From: Tepidisphaeraceae bacterium | Lineage (GTDB): Bacteria; Planctomycetota; Phycisphaerae; Tepidisphaerales; Tepidisphaeraceae | Direction: 5' to 3' | Assembly (NCBI GenBank): GCA_051962375.1 | Contig: JBQCCH010000078.1 | Coordinates: 1-33,958, forward strand | DNA length: 33,958 nt | In this document: positions 32,203 through 33,958 of the stretch, one piece after another | Numbering within the stretch: the stretch's first letter is position 1 | Layout: each line of letters opens with the position of its first letter | The notes under the pieces: generated by a model | Databases searched by the model: none | What the model saw: the letters and a program-made list of their open reading frames with translations, nothing else | Told to the model about the DNA's origin: nothing | Made by a program: the position numbers and the translations under genes

Positions 32203-33958
32203 CTTTCCAAATATTCATCTCACTCGCCCGGCGCCTCGCGCAGGCAGCCACTTGTTCGATCGCGGTCACTTCTGCGGCGGCGGTGGCAGCGGGTCAACCG
32301 TCCTTGCGCGATACGCGGCCGGACACATGGGCCGCGGTGGACGGGCTCGGCCGGCGGATCGACCCAACCGCCTACCCGGCCGCGCGGCCTGGGAAGTTCG
32401 TGGGCGTGTTCTACTTCCTCTGGATGCAAGGCGGGCCGAAGGACCGTGTGTTCGACATCTCCAAGCTGCTTGCCGCCAGCCCTGCCGCGCCAGCATGGGG
32501 GCCCCGCGGAGCGTTCCACTGGTGGGGCGAGCCATTCCTGGGCTACTACCGAAGCGACGACACCTATGTCATTGCCCGCCACGCGCAGCAACTGAGCGAC
32601 GCTGGCGTGGATGTAATTGTGTTCGACGTGACCAACGCGCTGACTTACGACGCCACGCTTTTGAAAGTGTTCGATACGTTCGAGCGGCTGCGCGCCCAGG
32701 GCCGGCGGACGCCGCAAATAGCGTTTATTACCCACGGCAAATCTGCCGCAACGATTAATCACCTCTACGACACGATTTACGCGCCCGGCCTTCATTCCGA
32801 CTTATGGTTCCGCTGGCGGGGCAAGCCGCTGATGATGGGACCGTCGGCCGGGCTGGACGCCAAGGTGGCCAGCTTCTTTACGATGCGCGACAGCTGGGCT
32901 TGGACCAGTCCCAATGGCTGGTTTAAGGACGGCCACAACAAGTGGCCGTGGCTGGATCACACGCCGCAGAAGTTCGGCTGGACCGACGCCCCGAACCGGC
33001 CTGAGCAGATCTCCATCGCCGCCGCAGAGCACCCCGTAACGCGCATCGGCCGCAGCTTTCATGACGGCCACCAGCCCCCCCGAGCCGAGGCGACGCCGGC
33101 GCGCGGCCTGTACTTCGCTGAGCAGTGGAAGCGGGCACTCCAGGTCGATCCTGAGTTCGTGTTCGTCACGGGTTGGAACGAGTGGATCGCGCAGCGTTTC
33201 ATCGCAAAGCCGACGGGCACGCCGAAGGTCTTGGGCTACAAACTTCTGTCAACGGGCGACACGTTTTTCGTCGATACCTACAGCGAAGAGTTCAGCCGCG
33301 ACATCGAGCCAATGCGCGGCGGGCACGGCGACGCGTTCTATTACCAGATGGTTGAGGGCATCCGCCGTTTCAAAGGTGTTCGGCCGCTGCCACCGACGTC
33401 GCGGCCGCGGTCGATCGACGTCGACGGCGCCTTCGACCAGTGGGCGGGCGTGACGCCAAAGTACATGGACGACCTCCACGATACCGACCCCCGGAATGCC
33501 CAGGGCTACGGTGACGCGGGAACGTTGAAAAATGACTCCGGCCGCAACGACATTGATACCGCGCAAGTGACGTACGACGACAAGAACGTCTATTTTTACG
33601 TGCGGACACGTGAAAATCTGACGCGCCCGTCCGACAGCGGATGGATGACGCTCTTGGTCCGCACGGCCGGGCGGGGGTGGGGCGGATATGACCTTGCGAT
33701 TAACCGCACCGCTCCACACGACGGCCGAGCCACGGTCGAACGCGTCACCGATGGGAAGCGTTGGCCGTCTGCCGGGGAGGCCCGCCTTCGCTTTGCCGGG
33801 AAAGAACTGCAGCTGTCCGTGCCGCGTTCGCTGCTGGGCGGAACCGGAGGCCGGCTGCAGCGGTTTGAGTTCAAGTGGACCGACAATGTTCCGGCCGGTG
33901 GAGACCCGATCGCGTTCATCGACCAGGGTGACGTCGCGCCGAACGGGCGGTTCAATTA
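32199..33958 (+). CDS. Secreted glycoside-hydrolase-like TIM-barrel protein with C-terminal beta-sandwich module; 3-prime end outside the window. Not present in the supplied ORF track.
   Basis: I translated the frame of ATG 32199 by hand and it stays open to the window end. It reads MTFQIFISLARRLAQAATCSIAVTSAAAVAAGQP (signal-like), then FVGVFYFLWMQG..WGEPFLGYYRSDDTYVIARHAQQLSDAGVDVIVFDVTN..FVFVTGWNEWIAQRF..DDKNVYFYVRTRE..FEFKWTDNV. Codon usage and amino-acid composition look normal. By contrast, the overlapping track ORFs 31811..32758 and 33061..33453 are Arg/Pro/Ala-rich junk. Its ATG overlaps the stop of the upstream stub (ATGA). Confidence 0.8.
   Translation, partial: MTFQIFISLARRLAQAATCSIAVTSAAAVAAGQPSLRDTRPDTWAAVDGLGRRIDPTAYPAARPGKFVGVFYFLWMQGGPKDRVFDISKLLAASPAAPAWGPRGAFHWWGEPFLGYYRSDDTYVIARHAQQLSDAGVDVIVFDVTNALTYDATLLKVFDTFERLRAQGRRTPQIAFITHGKSAATINHLYDTIYAPGLHSDLWFRWRGKPLMMGPSAGLDAKVASFFTMRDSWAWTSPNGWFKDGHNKWPWLDHTPQKFGWTDAPNRPEQISIAAAEHPVTRIGRSFHDGHQPPRAEATPARGLYFAEQWKRALQVDPEFVFVTGWNEWIAQRFIAKPTGTPKVLGYKLLSTGDTFFVDTYSEEFSRDIEPMRGGHGDAFYYQMVEGIRRFKGVRPLPPTSRPRSIDVDGAFDQWAGVTPKYMDDLHDTDPRNAQGYGDAGTLKNDSGRNDIDTAQVTYDDKNVYFYVRTRENLTRPSDSGWMTLLVRTAGRGWGGYDLAINRTAPHDGRATVERVTDGKRWPSAGEARLRFAGKELQLSVPRSLLGGTGGRLQRFEFKWTDNVPAGGDPIAFIDQGDVAPNGRFN

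Noticed and set aside
31811-32758. Track ORFs 31811..32758 + and 33061..33453 + (Arg/Pro/Ser-rich)
   Set aside because: They overlap, in alternative frames, the GH78-like stub and the open-ended gene starting at 32199. Those two have normal composition and family motifs, so these ORFs are treated as spurious.
1-33958. GGAATTC / ATCCCAG-type short motifs as a window-wide regulon signal
   Set aside because: The same heptamers also occur repeatedly inside coding regions, for example near 1375, 7821, 12915, 21621 and 28213. Only the clustered repeat (10406) and the long perfect palindrome (14583) are reported, and only as candidates.
1-33958. Search for CRISPR arrays, tRNA/rRNA genes, prophage, toxin-antitoxin or other defence-system genes
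   Set aside because: I saw no regularly spaced direct repeats and no tRNA-like cloverleaf candidates in the intergenic regions. No ORFs carry nuclease, helicase, ATPase, methyltransferase, reverse-transcriptase or phage structural signatures. The window is metabolic/CAZyme plus IS debris.

Overview
GC-rich bacterial chromosomal segment, probably from the PVC superphylum (Planctomycetota/Phycisphaerae-like or Verrucomicrobiota-like). That placement is inferred from a DUF1559-type prepilin N-terminus, two PEP-CTERM sorting tails and a PATR-repeat protein. The window is a carbohydrate-utilisation region interrupted by IS debris. From left to right: (1) a frameshifted IS630 transposase relic. (2) An intact CAZyme group: a ~1000-aa multidomain clan GH-A hydrolase, a SASA-type sialate/xylan O-acetylesterase and a GH127 beta-L-arabinofuranosidase. 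(3) A DUF1559 pseudopilin-like gene. (4) A same-strand locus headed by a GntR regulator (9514-21802). It holds two BNR/Asp-box propellers, a DapA/NanA-family lyase, a YidR/DUF3748-like lipoprotein, a 930-aa PATR protein with PEP-CTERM, an MFS permease, a ribokinase-like kinase and an FSA-type aldolase. (5) An IS-scarred zone (21963-32202): IS5-family and IS110-family relics, a GH99-like barrel, a divergent AraC/AraA-family isomerase pair, an intact GH43, decayed paralogues of the esterase and of GH127, a 76-bp internally deleted IS5 derivative and a GH78-like C-terminal stub. (6) An open-ended hydrolase-like gene (32199 to window end) that is missing from the supplied ORF track. I saw no rRNA, tRNA, CRISPR array or recognisable defence or toxin genes. 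The most interesting candidate is the 9514-21802 locus. It has the skeleton of a sialic-acid (nan) locus, but a pfkB kinase and an FSA-type aldolase stand where NanK/NanE/NagAB would be. This suggests an uncharacterised route for a 3-deoxy-ulosonic acid or related acidic sugar, coupled to exosortase-sorted surface proteins. All functional calls come from by-eye motif recognition. Pseudogene boundaries are approximate.
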